NCBI GenBank assembly: GCA_040218735.1 | Contig: JAVJQW010000008.1 | Coordinates: forward strand, 447,147-511,146 | Direction: 5' to 3' | DNA: 64,000 nt | From: Deltaproteobacteria bacterium | Lineage (GTDB): Bacteria > Myxococcota > Kuafuiibacteriia > Kuafuiibacteriales > Kuafuiibacteriaceae | In this document: one piece after another, positions 30,048 to 40,542 of the stretch | Numbering within the stretch: position 1 is the first letter of the stretch | Layout of the letters: every line of letters begins with the position of its first letter | Notes under the pieces: generated by a model | Database searches by the model: none | The model's input: only the letters and a program-made list of their open reading frames with translations | Told to the model about the DNA's origin: nothing | Translations under genes and position numbers: made by a program

Positions 30048-32546
30048 GTGCTGTCGCTCCTCCTGTTCGCGGTCGCGGCGGTCCCCGAGCCCGAGCCGAT
30101 GCTCGTGGAGCTCGTGGTCGAACGTCTGCATCGCGAAGTGCTGGAGGTCCCGCAGCTCGACGGTCGGCCGGGCGTTCCGGTGCGGCACCTGCTCTCGATC
30201 CTCGGTATCGAGCACCACTCGGACGGTGACGCGGTCGTCGGGCACTGGGCGGGGCGCGAACGCCCGTTTTCGATCTCCGCCGCGGCGATCGAGCTGCACG
30301 ACCGGACGATCCCGCTCACCTCCGCCGACGTCGCCTCCGCCGACGGGATGTTGTTCCTCGCCCCCGCGGTGTGGACCGAGGCCTTCGCGCTCGACCACCG
30401 CTACGACCCGCGACGCCTCCGCGTGTCGTTCGCGCCCGGCGCCGACGTGCCCGCGGTGTCACGACGTCTCCTCGCGAGCGCGCGCGCGACGGAGGACACG
30501 TCGACCTCGCTGCACCTCGACCGTGTCCCGCGCGCGATGCTCGGCGGCCACGTCCTCGACTGGGAGCTGTGGAGCGCAAACGTGCTCACGCCGGACCGCT
30601 ACGCCGACGCGCAGTTCCGTCTGTTCTACGGCGGCGAGCTGCTCGGCGGTGCGCTCTCGCTCGCGCCGTACGGGACCTTCGCGCAGCCCTGGAACCCGGC
30701 GCGGAGCCGCGCGGTGTGGTCGTTCAACATCGACCAGCCGGCGCTGCAGCGGATCGACTTCGGCACCATCGGCGGCCCGGGGCCCTGGTCGCGTCCGATG
30801 CTCGGCGCGCGCATCACGAACCGCCCGCGCGAGCGAGGGCTCGGGTTCGACGAGCTCGGGCGGATCGTCACCGCGCCCCCCAACACGTTCGTTCGCGTGT
30901 GGAGCGACGGTCGGCTCGTCGACGCGGGTGAGACCGACGGCCTCGGTCGCCGCCGGGTTCAGCTCCCGACGAACTACGGCTCGAACCTCCTGCGCGTCGA
31001 GTACATCGATCGCTACGGCGCGCTCGTCTCGGAGGAGGCGTTGCTCCGCGTCCCGGCGGCGGCGCTCGCGCAGGGCCGCGCGGAGTACGACGTGGGCTTC
31101 GGGCTGGACCGCAACGTCGCGGACCGGATCGTCGGGGGTGTGGAGGGGGCGTTTGGTCTCCTGCCGAGCCTCACGCTGCGCGGCGGCGCGGACATCTTCG
31201 TCGACGCGGGCGCGCCGCGGACCTACGCCTACGCGCGCGCGATCGTCACGCCGCTCGACATCCTCACCGTCGAGCTCACTGCGGCGCCCGGGACGGGGTA
31301 CCTCTCGAACGTCGCGCTGCGCACCGCGGACGGGTGGCTGCTCACGGCGTCGCACGACGAGTACGCGGCGGACGCCGCACGGCTGCCGAACCTGTTGCGG
31401 CGGCGTTCGAGCCTGGCGACGTCGTATCCACTCACGCGGTTCGGGCTGCCCGTCGCGCTGCGCGCTTCGGCGCGCGAGACGACGCTGACCACCGGCGTCC
31501 GCTCCTCGGAGGCGACGGCGGGGGCGGCGATTCGCTTCGACACCTCCACGCTCATGCTCGACTACGACTGGCGCGGGGATCTGTTGGGCGGCCTCACCGA
31601 TCGCACCGCGGTGCGTGCGCGCTACGTGGCGCCGGTGCCCTTCGTCGGCGGCGCGGCGTCGATGGGCGCGGCGTGGGATCTGTTGGACCACCACGTCGAC
31701 GAGGTCCGGGTGGCGTACACCCGATCGCTGTACGGCGCGTGGCCGCTGCGGTTGCGTCTGTCGTACGCGATGCTGGAGGTCGGGCCGGGCGAGCGCGCGC
31801 ACGAGGCGAACGTGACGTTCGGTTTCTCCTGGGACGCCGCGCTCACGGAGGCTCGCAGCTACGCGCGCAGCGGTGGAGATCCGACGGTGCACCTGCGCGC
31901 GGCGGGGAGCCTCACGTTCGAGGACGACGGCGTGGTCGCGTCGTGGCGTCCGCAGGCCGAGCGCGGGCGCGCCGAGCTGCGGTTCGTCGGCGCGCCGTCC
32001 GACGCAGCCGGGCGGGTCGTGACGATCGGCGGACGGCGGTACCGCGCCGACGACGACGGCAAGGTCTTCGTCCCGTCGCTGATCCGCGGGCGCACCTACG
32101 CGATCGACGCGCGCGATCCCGGTATCGCCGCACCGAACGTCGTCCCGCTCGTCCCCGAACAGGCCTTCGTCGCGCGCGCGCACCGTAAACACGTGGTCGA
32201 GATCCCGCTCGTCGCGACCGGGGAGATCGAGGGGCGCGTGTTCATGCGGCGCGCGGACGGGACGGAGCGTGGCGTCGGCCGGATTCGCATGAAGCTCCTC
32301 GACCCGGACGGCAACGTGGTCCGCAGCGGTTGGACCTACGACGACGGCGCGATCTACCTCTTCGGCGTCCCGCCGGGGCGCTACCGCGTGCGGCTCGAAG
32401 AGGATCAGCTGCGCCGCCTCGGGATGCGCGCGTTCCCGCGGGAGCGCCGCGTCGAGATCCCCGCGACGCAGGACGGCGTGGTGATCGGCGACGTCGGCTT
32501 TCAGCTCTCGCCGCTGCCGTTCTACCTGACGGAGGCCGCGCCTTGA
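30048..32546 (+). CDS. Usher-like outer-membrane protein with C-terminal carboxypeptidase-regulatory-like domain
   Basis: 832 aa with signal peptide and amphipathic beta strands; plug-like LPTNYGSNLLRVEY; C-terminal GEIEGRV...GVPPGRY. Confidence 0.68.
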   Translation: MLSLLLFAVAAVPEPEPMLVELVVERLHREVLEVPQLDGRPGVPVRHLLSILGIEHHSDGDAVVGHWAGRERPFSISAAAIELHDRTIPLTSADVASADGMLFLAPAVWTEAFALDHRYDPRRLRVSFAPGADVPAVSRRLLASARATEDTSTSLHLDRVPRAMLGGHVLDWELWSANVLTPDRYADAQFRLFYGGELLGGALSLAPYGTFAQPWNPARSRAVWSFNIDQPALQRIDFGTIGGPGPWSRPMLGARITNRPRERGLGFDELGRIVTAPPNTFVRVWSDGRLVDAGETDGLGRRRVQLPTNYGSNLLRVEYIDRYGALVSEEALLRVPAAALAQGRAEYDVGFGLDRNVADRIVGGVEGAFGLLPSLTLRGGADIFVDAGAPRTYAYARAIVTPLDILTVELTAAPGTGYLSNVALRTADGWLLTASHDEYAADAARLPNLLRRRSSLATSYPLTRFGLPVALRASARETTLTTGVRSSEATAGAAIRFDTSTLMLDYDWRGDLLGGLTDRTAVRARYVAPVPFVGGAASMGAAWDLLDHHVDEVRVAYTRSLYGAWPLRLRLSYAMLEVGPGERAHEANVTFGFSWDAALTEARSYARSGGDPTVHLRAAGSLTFEDDGVVASWRPQAERGRAELRFVGAPSDAAGRVVTIGGRRYRADDDGKVFVPSLIRGRTYAIDARDPGIAAPNVVPLVPEQAFVARAHRKHVVEIPLVATGEIEGRVFMRRADGTERGVGRIRMKLLDPDGNVVRSGWTYDDGAIYLFGVPPGRYRVRLEEDQLRRLGMRAFPRERRVEIPATQDGVVIGDVGFQLSPLPFYLTEAAP

Positions 32547-32923
32547 GACGCGCCGCGTTGCTGCTCTTGCTCCTCACGGCCTGCGGCGGATCCGGCGCGG
32601 CGCCCTACGATCCCTCCGGCGTGTGGCACGGGGTGCTCCGCACGAACGGGGTCGAGGACTCCACGTTCACGCTCGAGCTCGCGCCCTCGCGTGAGCGAGG
32701 CAGCGGCGTCTGGCGCTTCGACACCAATAACGGCGAGGGCGACGTCGACGTCGTCGTCGCGAACACTCGTCGCGTGCAGCTGAGGCTCTACTCCGCGATC
32801 GGGTGCCGCGCCGAGATCACGATCGAGGCGATCGTCGCGGACGAGGCGAGCTGGTCGGGGACGATGGACGGTGAGACCTGCGAGCGTCGCTACGACGGGG
32901 ATGTGGCGATCGTCCGCGAGTGA
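32543..32923 (+). CDS. Small lipoprotein
   Basis: TTG overlaps the upstream stop; lipobox LLLLLLTAC; beta-rich. Confidence 0.65.
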   Translation: MRRAALLLLLLTACGGSGAAPYDPSGVWHGVLRTNGVEDSTFTLELAPSRERGSGVWRFDTNNGEGDVDVVVANTRRVQLRLYSAIGCRAEITIEAIVADEASWSGTMDGETCERRYDGDVAIVRE

Positions 32924-32929
32924 TTCGGC

Positions 32930-33619
32930 TCAGGCGAGCGCGAAGCTCGCGACCCAGAACGCACCGACGCCCATCGACAACACCCCGGCGGTGGCGAGGC
33001 CGCGCGGGACCCAGCGGGGCCGGCGGATCATCTGACCGGCGAGGGCGGCGAAGGCGGTCATCGCGACGACGCCACCCGCGAGGTAGGCGACGAGGTACGC
33101 CCCGGCGGCGGCGCCGCTGAGCGCGACGAGCGGGCCCGCGCCCACGAGGTGCCCCATGCCGGCGACGCCGTGGATGAAGCCGAAGCCGAGCGTCGAGTGG
33201 CTGTGTTTCGCGTGGCGCCCCTGGCTCGGGTGCGTCGCGTCGTCGACCGTCGGGTCGTCGAGGTGCACGTGCGGGTGCGCGTGGCCGTCGCCGTCGTGGT
33301 CGTGCGCGTGGGTGTGCAGGACGAGCTTGCGGCTCCGCCGGAGCGCCCAGAGGCCCACGCCGATCAGCAGCAGCCCGACGAGGACTTCGGCGGCCTGGGA
33401 GATGGCGTCGAGATCGAAGTACGCCTGGGCCGCGAGGAACACGAGGCCCAGCACCAGGACACCGAGGCCATGGCCGAGGCCCCAGAACAGCCCGACGCGC
33501 AGCGCCCGCGCGGGGCGATCCACCGCGAACGGGAGGACCGCGACGAGGTGATCGGGCCCCGAGAGCACGTGCACCATACCGGCGACGAGGCCGGTGAAAG
33601 CGGCGACGATCCAACCCAT
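32930..33619 (-). CDS. UreH/NiCoT-like nickel/cobalt transport membrane protein
   Basis: HVLSGPDHL, WGLGH, His-rich loop HTHAHDHDGDGHAHPHVH, GFIHGVAG. Confidence 0.82.
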   Translation of the reverse strand: MGWIVAAFTGLVAGMVHVLSGPDHLVAVLPFAVDRPARALRVGLFWGLGHGLGVLVLGLVFLAAQAYFDLDAISQAAEVLVGLLLIGVGLWALRRSRKLVLHTHAHDHDGDGHAHPHVHLDDPTVDDATHPSQGRHAKHSHSTLGFGFIHGVAGMGHLVGAGPLVALSGAAAGAYLVAYLAGGVVAMTAFAALAGQMIRRPRWVPRGLATAGVLSMGVGAFWVASFALA

Positions 33620-33661
33620 CAGCGGCCCATCTAGCGCACGCGGACCCGGGAAAGTCGAGGG

Positions 33662-35446
33662 TCAGCTCGCGTAAAGCTGCTCGACCACGCCCTCGTAGCG
33701 GGCGTTCACCACGTTCCGCTTCACCTTGAGCGAGGGGGTCATTTCCCCCGTCTCGACCGAGAACGGCTGGGGGAGGACCTCGAACTTCTTGATGGTCTGG
33801 TACCGCGCGACCTTCGCGTTGCACACCGACTCGATCTGCTTCTCGATGAACGCGCGGACCTTGTCGTCCTTGGCGAGCGTCGCGATGTCCGTGACCGCGA
33901 CCCCCGCGGCTTCGCACAGCGGCGCGAGCGCCTCCGGGTCGAGCGCGAGCAACGCGACGAGGTACGGCTTTCGGTCCCCGACCACGACCGCCTGACCGAC
34001 GCCCGGGATCTGCGACAGGTGCTGCTCCATCTCGGACGGCGCGACGTTCTTCCCGCCCGCGGTGATGATCAGGTCCTTCTTGCGGCCGGTGATGTGGACG
34101 AAGCCGTCCTCGTCGAGCCGGCCGAGGTCGCCGGTGTGCAGCCACCCGTCCTCGTCGAGGAGCTCGGCCGTCTTCTCCGGCATCTTGAAGTAGCCCTTCG
34201 TCATGTTCTTTCCGCGCGCGATGATCTCGCCGTCGTCCGCGATCTTCAGGTCGATGCCCGGGAGCACCTTGCCGACGGAACCGAAGCGCGGCCGCCCGAA
34301 CGGCGCGGCGGTGAGCAGGCCCGTCGTCTCCGTCATCCCGTAGCCCTCGTGGATCGGGATCCCGATCGACGCGAAGAAGTCCAACGTCCCGCGTGAGATC
34401 GGCGCCGCGCCCGACGCCGCGATCCGCAGGCGGTCCAGACCGAGCGCCGCCTTCACCTTCGAGATGACGAGTTTGTTGGCCATGTTCCGGGAGAACGACG
34501 ACACCTCGTTGCCCGTCTCGATCGTGCGCTGGAACGACTCCAGCTCCGTCTTCAACGCCCAGCCCGCGAGCTTCGCCTTCACGCCGGTCGCCTCCGCGAA
34601 CCGCGCGCGCAGCGCCGCTTCGAACTTCTCCCACACCCGCGGCACGCCGACGAAGATCGTCGGCCGCACGACCGCGAGCGCGTCCTTCACCTTCTTGAGG
34701 TCATCGCAGAAGTACACTTCGCCGCCGCGCAGGAGGTGGACGAAGTTCGTGAAGATCTGCTCGGCGATGTGCGAGAGCGGCAGGTAACTCACGGTCTTGA
34801 TGTCGAACGCGGTGATATCCGGGAGCGCGTCCTCGAGCATCTGCCCCATCGCGACGAGGCCCTCGTGCGTCAGCTCCGCGCCCTTCGACACGCCGGTCGT
34901 GCCCGACGTGTAGATGAACAGCCCGGTGTCCTGCGGACCGATGCCGGCGAGGCGCGCGTCGAGCGCTGCGTCGTCGCCGTCGCGGCCGGACGCGACGAAG
35001 TCGTCGAAGTGCACGACCGGACCGCTCGTGTCGCCCTTCGTCATGCGAATGACGTGCTCGACCGGGCCGCCGTTTGCGTGGGGGAGGATGCGTTCGATGT
35101 GTTCGTCGAGCTCGGCGACGACGAACCGCGCGCCGGAGTTCGCGAGGATGTGTTTGATCTGATCCGGCGTGCTCGTCGGATAGATCGGCGCCGGGATGCC
35201 GCCGGCCGTCATCGTCCCGAGCTCCGCGATCACCCACTCGTAGCGGTTGTTCCCCATGATCGCGACGGCGTCGCCGACCTGGTGTCCATTCTTGATGATC
35301 GCCTTCGCGAACTCGCGCGCGAGTCGCCAGTAGTCGGCCCAGGTGATCGGTCGGTAGCCGGACGGCTCTTGCGCGAACAGCGCGTTCGCCGCGCCCTTCT
35401 GGTTCGCCCAGTCTTCGAGTTGGTGGGGGAGGGTGTGGCGTGGCAC
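33662..35446 (-). CDS. Long-chain fatty acid-CoA ligase (AMP-binding family)
   Basis: YTSGTTGVSKG, LPLSHIAE, EGYGMTE, WLHTGDLG, GRKKDLIITAGGKN. Confidence 0.93.
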   Translation of the reverse strand: MPRHTLPHQLEDWANQKGAANALFAQEPSGYRPITWADYWRLAREFAKAIIKNGHQVGDAVAIMGNNRYEWVIAELGTMTAGGIPAPIYPTSTPDQIKHILANSGARFVVAELDEHIERILPHANGGPVEHVIRMTKGDTSGPVVHFDDFVASGRDGDDAALDARLAGIGPQDTGLFIYTSGTTGVSKGAELTHEGLVAMGQMLEDALPDITAFDIKTVSYLPLSHIAEQIFTNFVHLLRGGEVYFCDDLKKVKDALAVVRPTIFVGVPRVWEKFEAALRARFAEATGVKAKLAGWALKTELESFQRTIETGNEVSSFSRNMANKLVISKVKAALGLDRLRIAASGAAPISRGTLDFFASIGIPIHEGYGMTETTGLLTAAPFGRPRFGSVGKVLPGIDLKIADDGEIIARGKNMTKGYFKMPEKTAELLDEDGWLHTGDLGRLDEDGFVHITGRKKDLIITAGGKNVAPSEMEQHLSQIPGVGQAVVVGDRKPYLVALLALDPEALAPLCEAAGVAVTDIATLAKDDKVRAFIEKQIESVCNAKVARYQTIKKFEVLPQPFSVETGEMTPSLKVKRNVVNARYEGVVEQLYAS

Positions 35447-35461
35447 GCGCCGATATCTAGC

Positions 35462-37885
35462 TCAACTCCCGCGTCCGATCACGTGGGGCGACAGGCCGAG
35501 GCGCAGGAGCACCCGTTCGACCTCCGGACCGGCGACCTCCCCGCGGGAGGTCACGGCTTCGTACATCGCCTCTTGGGCGTTCTCGAGGTCGGGTGTGAGG
35601 CCCAGGCGCTCCGCCAGCTCCATCAGCTCCTCGACCGCCTCCCAGTTCTCCGTCGCCGAGCGCGCCAGCGCGATGTAGAGGCCGTGCGTGATCATCTGGG
35701 TGAACAGCTTGCTGGAGGTGCTGCGATCCACGCGGTATCCGCTCTCGGCGATCATCTCCGCGAGGTCGATCGCACGCTTGTAGGCGCGGATGTCCTGGCT
35801 CTCGTTCTGGGCGCGGATCTCCGCCTCGAACGTTCGGCCCAACGTGAACTCGGCCGCGACCGACAGCTCCTTCGGCAGCTCGAAGCCCACCGCGCCGAGC
35901 ATGTCGAGCGTGCGGCGGTTGTCCTCGTACAGCTGCGCGTACTGCTCGCTGAAGCGGTGCAGCAGCGAGCCGAGGACGAGCTCGGAGATGTGCTCGGCGC
36001 CGCCCGGGAGCATGTGCTCGAGGCCGTAGTCCTCGCCGCCGAACTCCTCCGACGCGATCTTCAGCAGCTTCGGGACCGACGACGTCGTGAACGCGTTCCA
36101 CAGCTTCTCCGACGCGGAGCCGAGGGTGGCGTCGTCGAGGTGGTCGTTCACCGCGCAGTAGAAATCGACGCCGCCGAGGTGCACACCCGCGACGGTGCGG
36201 ACGTCCTTCGCCTCGGTCATCGTGTGCTCCATCCGCACGCGCCCGGTGCACATCTTGATGCGCCCGTGCTGGCGCGTCTTGAAGTTGGTGCGGACGAAGT
36301 CGTAACCCGCGATCTCCCCGGTCTTCGCCGACTCGTCCACGAGGCCGGTCATCGCGAGGTGCGCCGCGACGCGCGTCGGCGTGACACGCGCGGTGTCGAC
36401 GAAGCGCCGGAACACGTCCGCGCCCGAACCCATCTCGGGGCGGTTGCTCTCGGCTTCGCCGAGGCGCTCCATGAACCCGTCGTAGGGCGCCGACGTGCCG
36501 AGCGACTCCGCGAGCTCCAGCGCGCGCGCGGCGTACTTGAGGATCTGCTGCGTCTCGATGCCGGAGACGTCCGAGAAGAACCAGCCGCAGCTCGTGTACA
36601 TGAGCATCGCGTGGTGCTGCATCTCGAGGAGCGACAGGACGCGCACGCGGTCGTCGGCGTCGAGGGTCTTCTTGGCGTGTCGTTCGAAGAACGCGTCACG
36701 CGCACGCTCGGGATCGAACAGCGCCGTCGCGTAGTCGTCGCGCGCGGCCCACGGGTCCTTCAGGTACGTGCCGCCCATCTCTTCGAACAGCGCGATGCCG
36801 TGGTCGCGGACGACGTCGAGCGCGTCGCGCAGCGGGGTGCGCCAGCGTTGGTTCCAGCCGTCCTTGGCCCCCGTCGAGCAGCCGCAGTCACGGAACCAGC
36901 GACCGACGCCGTGCGCGCAGCTCCACGAAGTCCCGAGCCCGTCGGGGCCGTGGTCGATCTCCGCCTCCATCGTCGGCGGGTTCTGTTCGAGGTACTGCCC
37001 GTAGTTCGTGAGCCACAGCTCGCGGTTGGGCGCCTCTTGGACCATCGCGTGCGCGAGGCAGCGGTCACCGAACTTGCTGTGGTGTCCGTAGCTCTCGCCG
37101 TCGGTCGCGACGGAGACACACTGGGTGCGGTCGTCGGTGTTGCGGATCAGGTGATCGACGAACGCGCTGCTCGAGCTGAGCGCCCCTTCGAACGCGATCG
37201 AACGGGACCGCGGGCCGTCGTAGAAGAAGATGTCGATCGAGCGGCGCGAACCGTCGCGCGCGAAGTACCGGTACGGCTGCGTGGGATCGACGCGACCGCC
37301 GGTGACGTCCATCCACTCCCCGCCTTCCAGCGAACGCACGCGCCCCGCCTGGTAGGGCGAGAGGATCGTGAACTTCACGCCCGCGTCGATCAGCGTGTCG
37401 AGGACCTCGTGGCTCGCCGCGGTCTCCGGCAGCCACATGCCTTCGGGTTTGCGCGAGAAGTGTCGCGAGAAGTCCGCGATGCCCCACAGCACCTGCGTGC
37501 GCCGGTCGTGCGCGTTGGCGAGCGGGAGGATCAGGTGGTTGTAAGCCTGCGCGATCGCGTTGCCGTGCCCCCCACGCGCGCGGGCGCTGTCCCGGTCCGC
37601 AGAGATGATCCGCCCGTACGTGATCGTGTGCTCGCGTTCGAGCCACTGCAGGAGGGTCGGCCCGAAGTTGAAGCTGATGTGCCGGTAGTTGTTGACGATG
37701 CGGTCCACGCGACCGGCGTCGTCGAACACCCGCGCGTACGCGTTCGGGCGGTAACACTCCGCGAACACGCGCTCGTTCCAGTCGTGGAAGGGCTCGGCGC
37801 CCGCCTCGCGCTCCACCTGCTGCGTCCACGGGTTCTCGCGCGGCGGTTGATAGAAATGCCCGTGTACGACCAGCGCTCTCGTCAT
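35462..37885 (-). CDS. Glycoside hydrolase family 57 with DUF3536 domain
   Basis: HGHFYQPPRENPW, SFNFGPTL, GMWLPETA, ATDGESYGHH, MYTSCGWFF. Confidence 0.9.
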   Translation of the reverse strand: MTRALVVHGHFYQPPRENPWTQQVEREAGAEPFHDWNERVFAECYRPNAYARVFDDAGRVDRIVNNYRHISFNFGPTLLQWLEREHTITYGRIISADRDSARARGGHGNAIAQAYNHLILPLANAHDRRTQVLWGIADFSRHFSRKPEGMWLPETAASHEVLDTLIDAGVKFTILSPYQAGRVRSLEGGEWMDVTGGRVDPTQPYRYFARDGSRRSIDIFFYDGPRSRSIAFEGALSSSSAFVDHLIRNTDDRTQCVSVATDGESYGHHSKFGDRCLAHAMVQEAPNRELWLTNYGQYLEQNPPTMEAEIDHGPDGLGTSWSCAHGVGRWFRDCGCSTGAKDGWNQRWRTPLRDALDVVRDHGIALFEEMGGTYLKDPWAARDDYATALFDPERARDAFFERHAKKTLDADDRVRVLSLLEMQHHAMLMYTSCGWFFSDVSGIETQQILKYAARALELAESLGTSAPYDGFMERLGEAESNRPEMGSGADVFRRFVDTARVTPTRVAAHLAMTGLVDESAKTGEIAGYDFVRTNFKTRQHGRIKMCTGRVRMEHTMTEAKDVRTVAGVHLGGVDFYCAVNDHLDDATLGSASEKLWNAFTTSSVPKLLKIASEEFGGEDYGLEHMLPGGAEHISELVLGSLLHRFSEQYAQLYEDNRRTLDMLGAVGFELPKELSVAAEFTLGRTFEAEIRAQNESQDIRAYKRAIDLAEMIAESGYRVDRSTSSKLFTQMITHGLYIALARSATENWEAVEELMELAERLGLTPDLENAQEAMYEAVTSRGEVAGPEVERVLLRLGLSPHVIGRGS

Positions 37886-37946
37886 GGACGGCGGACGCAT
37901 CCTACCCCATCGGGAGTTATCGGGGGTATGCTTCCTCCCAATCACG

Positions 37947-38915
37947 ATGGTCTCGGGCGACCTCGAACAGCCGAAGCGCATTCTGGTCGTCGAAGACGAC
38001 CCCACGATTCAGCACATGCTTCGCCGCACCTTCGAAGCCAGCGCGGAAGTGCAGGTGGCGGGGGATGGTCTGCGCGGGCTGGAGATCCTGGCGCAGTGGC
38101 GGCCCGAGTTCGTCATCACCGACCTGATGCTCCCGGAGGTCGACGGGCTCGCGCTGATCAAACGGACGCGCCGCACCTACTACGGGGCGTGTGTGCCGAT
38201 CCTGGTGTTGACCGCCAACACCGACGAGCAGGTGCTCCTGGACTGCTTCCGCCAGGGCGCGGACGACTTCATGGTGAAACCGTTCTCGCTGTCGGAGCTG
38301 CGGGTGCGCGTCGCGTCGATCTACCTGCGCACCATGGTCGCGCGCGACGTGAACCCCCTGACGCGCCTCCCCGGCAACATGGTGATCAAGCAGCAGGTGA
38401 ACCAGCGGCTCCTGGAGGGGCAGGGCTTCGCCGTCGCGTCGCTCGACATCGACCACTTCAAAGCCTTCAACGACACCCGCGGCTTCGACGAGGGCGACGA
38501 GGTGATCCGCCTGCTCGCGCGGATCCTCGAGGACTACACGCTGGAGCACAGCGGCCACGACGTCTGGGTCGGCCACATCGGCGGCGACGACTTCGTGGGG
38601 CTGATGGATCCGCAGTTCGTCGACACGTTCTCGCGGTGGGTGCTCGACCGCTTCGCCACGGACACGCGCTGCTTCTACTCCGACGAAGAGCTCGAAAAGG
38701 GCACCGTCGAGATCGTGACCCGCAGCGGCGCGACCGAGGTGGTCCCGCTGCTGTCGCTGTCGATCGGGGTGTGCAGCACGTCGCGGCCGGGGCTCGACGA
38801 CTACCGCAAGATCACGAACGTCTCCGCCGAGGTGAAGAAGGCCGCGAAGGCGACACCGGGGAACAGCATCTTCGTCGACCGACGCGCGAGCCCTCCGGAC
38901 AGCGGCTCGCGATGA
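37947..38915 (+). CDS. Response regulator with GGDEF domain
   Basis: REC domain (VVEDD, ITDLMLP, VKPF); NPLTRLPGN, DIDHFKAFND, HIGGDDF. Confidence 0.92.
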   Translation: MVSGDLEQPKRILVVEDDPTIQHMLRRTFEASAEVQVAGDGLRGLEILAQWRPEFVITDLMLPEVDGLALIKRTRRTYYGACVPILVLTANTDEQVLLDCFRQGADDFMVKPFSLSELRVRVASIYLRTMVARDVNPLTRLPGNMVIKQQVNQRLLEGQGFAVASLDIDHFKAFNDTRGFDEGDEVIRLLARILEDYTLEHSGHDVWVGHIGGDDFVGLMDPQFVDTFSRWVLDRFATDTRCFYSDEELEKGTVEIVTRSGATEVVPLLSLSIGVCSTSRPGLDDYRKITNVSAEVKKAAKATPGNSIFVDRRASPPDSGSR

Positions 38916-39763
38916 TCGGGCACCATTACATTCGAACGAACGACGTCACGCTGCACGTCGCGTGCGCGGGCCCGGAGGACGGCCCGCTGCTGATCCTGCT
39001 CCACGGCTTCCCGGAGGGGTGGTTCACGTGGGCCCCGTACATGGAGTCGTTCGCGGCGGCGGGGTTTCGGGTGCTCGCGCCCGACCAGCGCGGCTACGGC
39101 GACAGCGACCGGCCACCGACGGTGGCGGACTACGAGATGGACGCGCTGGTGGCGGACGTCGTGGGCCTGATCGACGGCGCGGGCCGCAAGAAGGCCACCG
39201 TCGTCGGGCACGACTGGGGCGCCGTCGTCGCGTGGTGGACGGCGATTCGCCACCCTGACCGCGTCGAGAAGGTCTGCCCGATCAACATGTCGCACCCGAT
39301 GGTGATGCGCGACTTCCTGGTCGCGGACCGCGAGCAGCTGAAGAAGAGCTGGTACGTGGTGTTCTTCCAGGTGCCGTTCCTCCCGGAGCTCGCGTGGCGC
39401 GCGCGCGGCAAGAAGATGTTCGACGAGATCGCCGCGATGGGTCGCCCCGACGCCTTCGCCCCCGGCGACGAGGCGCCCTACCTGGAAGCCTGGTCCAAAC
39501 CCGGCGCGCTCCGCGCGATGATGAACTGGTACCGCGCCGCGATCCGCCTCGCGCTGCGCCCCCCCGACGTCGACCCGCGCGTGAAGGTCCCGACGTTGGT
39601 GATCTGGGGCAGGAAGGACGAGGTCCTCACCGACCGCATGGTGCAGCCGAGCCTCGACCACTGCGACGACGGCCGCGTGGTGTGGTTCGACGACGCCACG
39701 CACTGGGTCAACCATGAGGAGCGCGAAGGCGTGACGAAGGCGCTGCTCGAGTTCCTGGGCTGA
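38912..39763 (+). CDS. Alpha/beta hydrolase, epoxide hydrolase-like
   Basis: LHGFPE, PDQRGYG, GHDWGA, THWV. Confidence 0.92.
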   Translation: MIGHHYIRTNDVTLHVACAGPEDGPLLILLHGFPEGWFTWAPYMESFAAAGFRVLAPDQRGYGDSDRPPTVADYEMDALVADVVGLIDGAGRKKATVVGHDWGAVVAWWTAIRHPDRVEKVCPINMSHPMVMRDFLVADREQLKKSWYVVFFQVPFLPELAWRARGKKMFDEIAAMGRPDAFAPGDEAPYLEAWSKPGALRAMMNWYRAAIRLALRPPDVDPRVKVPTLVIWGRKDEVLTDRMVQPSLDHCDDGRVVWFDDATHWVNHEEREGVTKALLEFLG

Positions 39764-39769
39764 CCGTCC

Positions 39770-40510
39770 TCAGCCGTGCAGTCCACACTCCGTCTTCGTC
39801 CGGCCTCTCCATCGCCCCGCACGTTCGTCCTCGCCCGCCCCGACGGCGGACGTGCAGTGCGTGCAGCCGACGCTCGGGTAGCCGCGATCGTGGAGCGGGT
39901 TGTACGGGAGCGCGTTCGCGTGGATGTAGCGCCACACGTCCTTCGACGTCCACGTCACCAGCGGCGCGAGCTTGAGGAGGCGTCGTCCGCTCGGGAGCGT
40001 CGCCCACTGGAGCATCGGCGTCGCGCTGCGCGCCGCGGAGCCGTCCCGCCGAAGCGCCGTGATCCACAGGTCCGCGTCCGCGAGCGCGCGCGCGTTCGGC
40101 TCCTTCTTGCGGATCGCACAGCAGCGATCCGGGTCGCGCTCCCACAGACGGTCGCCGTGCTCCGTCGCTTGGGCGTCGGTCGAGAGCACCGGGAGCACGG
40201 TTCGCAAACGAAGGGCGCGTTCCACGCGCCACGTCTCGGCGAGGGCCTTCGTCTCCTCGAAGAGGAAGCCGGTGTCGATCGTGTAGACCTGAACGCGCGG
40301 ATCGATCTGCTGCGCCGCGTGGATCAAACAGAGCCCCGTCGCACCGAAAGCCGTCGACACAACCGCGCGTGCGCCGAACAGCTCCAACGCGGCTTGCAAG
40401 CTAGCTTGCCAACCGGCGCGTTCGAGCTCGGCCGAGCGTGCCTCGACGGACACACCGCTCAGGAAAAGCGAGGTCGGATCCCCGACCGGGATTGACGGCG
40501 TTGCAGACAC
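39770..40510 (-). CDS. cysH: (Phospho)adenylyl-sulfate reductase, Fe-S (APS reductase) type
   Basis: IDTGFLF, CCAIRK, YPSVGCTHCT, ERAGRW, ECGLH; strong GGAGG SD 8 nt before the GTG. Confidence 0.93.
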   Translation of the reverse strand: MSATPSIPVGDPTSLFLSGVSVEARSAELERAGWQASLQAALELFGARAVVSTAFGATGLCLIHAAQQIDPRVQVYTIDTGFLFEETKALAETWRVERALRLRTVLPVLSTDAQATEHGDRLWERDPDRCCAIRKKEPNARALADADLWITALRRDGSAARSATPMLQWATLPSGRRLLKLAPLVTWTSKDVWRYIHANALPYNPLHDRGYPSVGCTHCTSAVGAGEDERAGRWRGRTKTECGLHG

Positions 40511-40542
40511 AGCAGTAGCCTCCTCCTCGGTTCGTTCGAGTC

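Noticed and set aside
34736-38911. 1675-aa plus-strand ORF in the track
   Set aside because: Shadow frame antisense to the acyl-CoA ligase and GH57 genes and out of frame over the GGDEF gene. Only the last 283 aa (38912-39763) are a real hydrolase.
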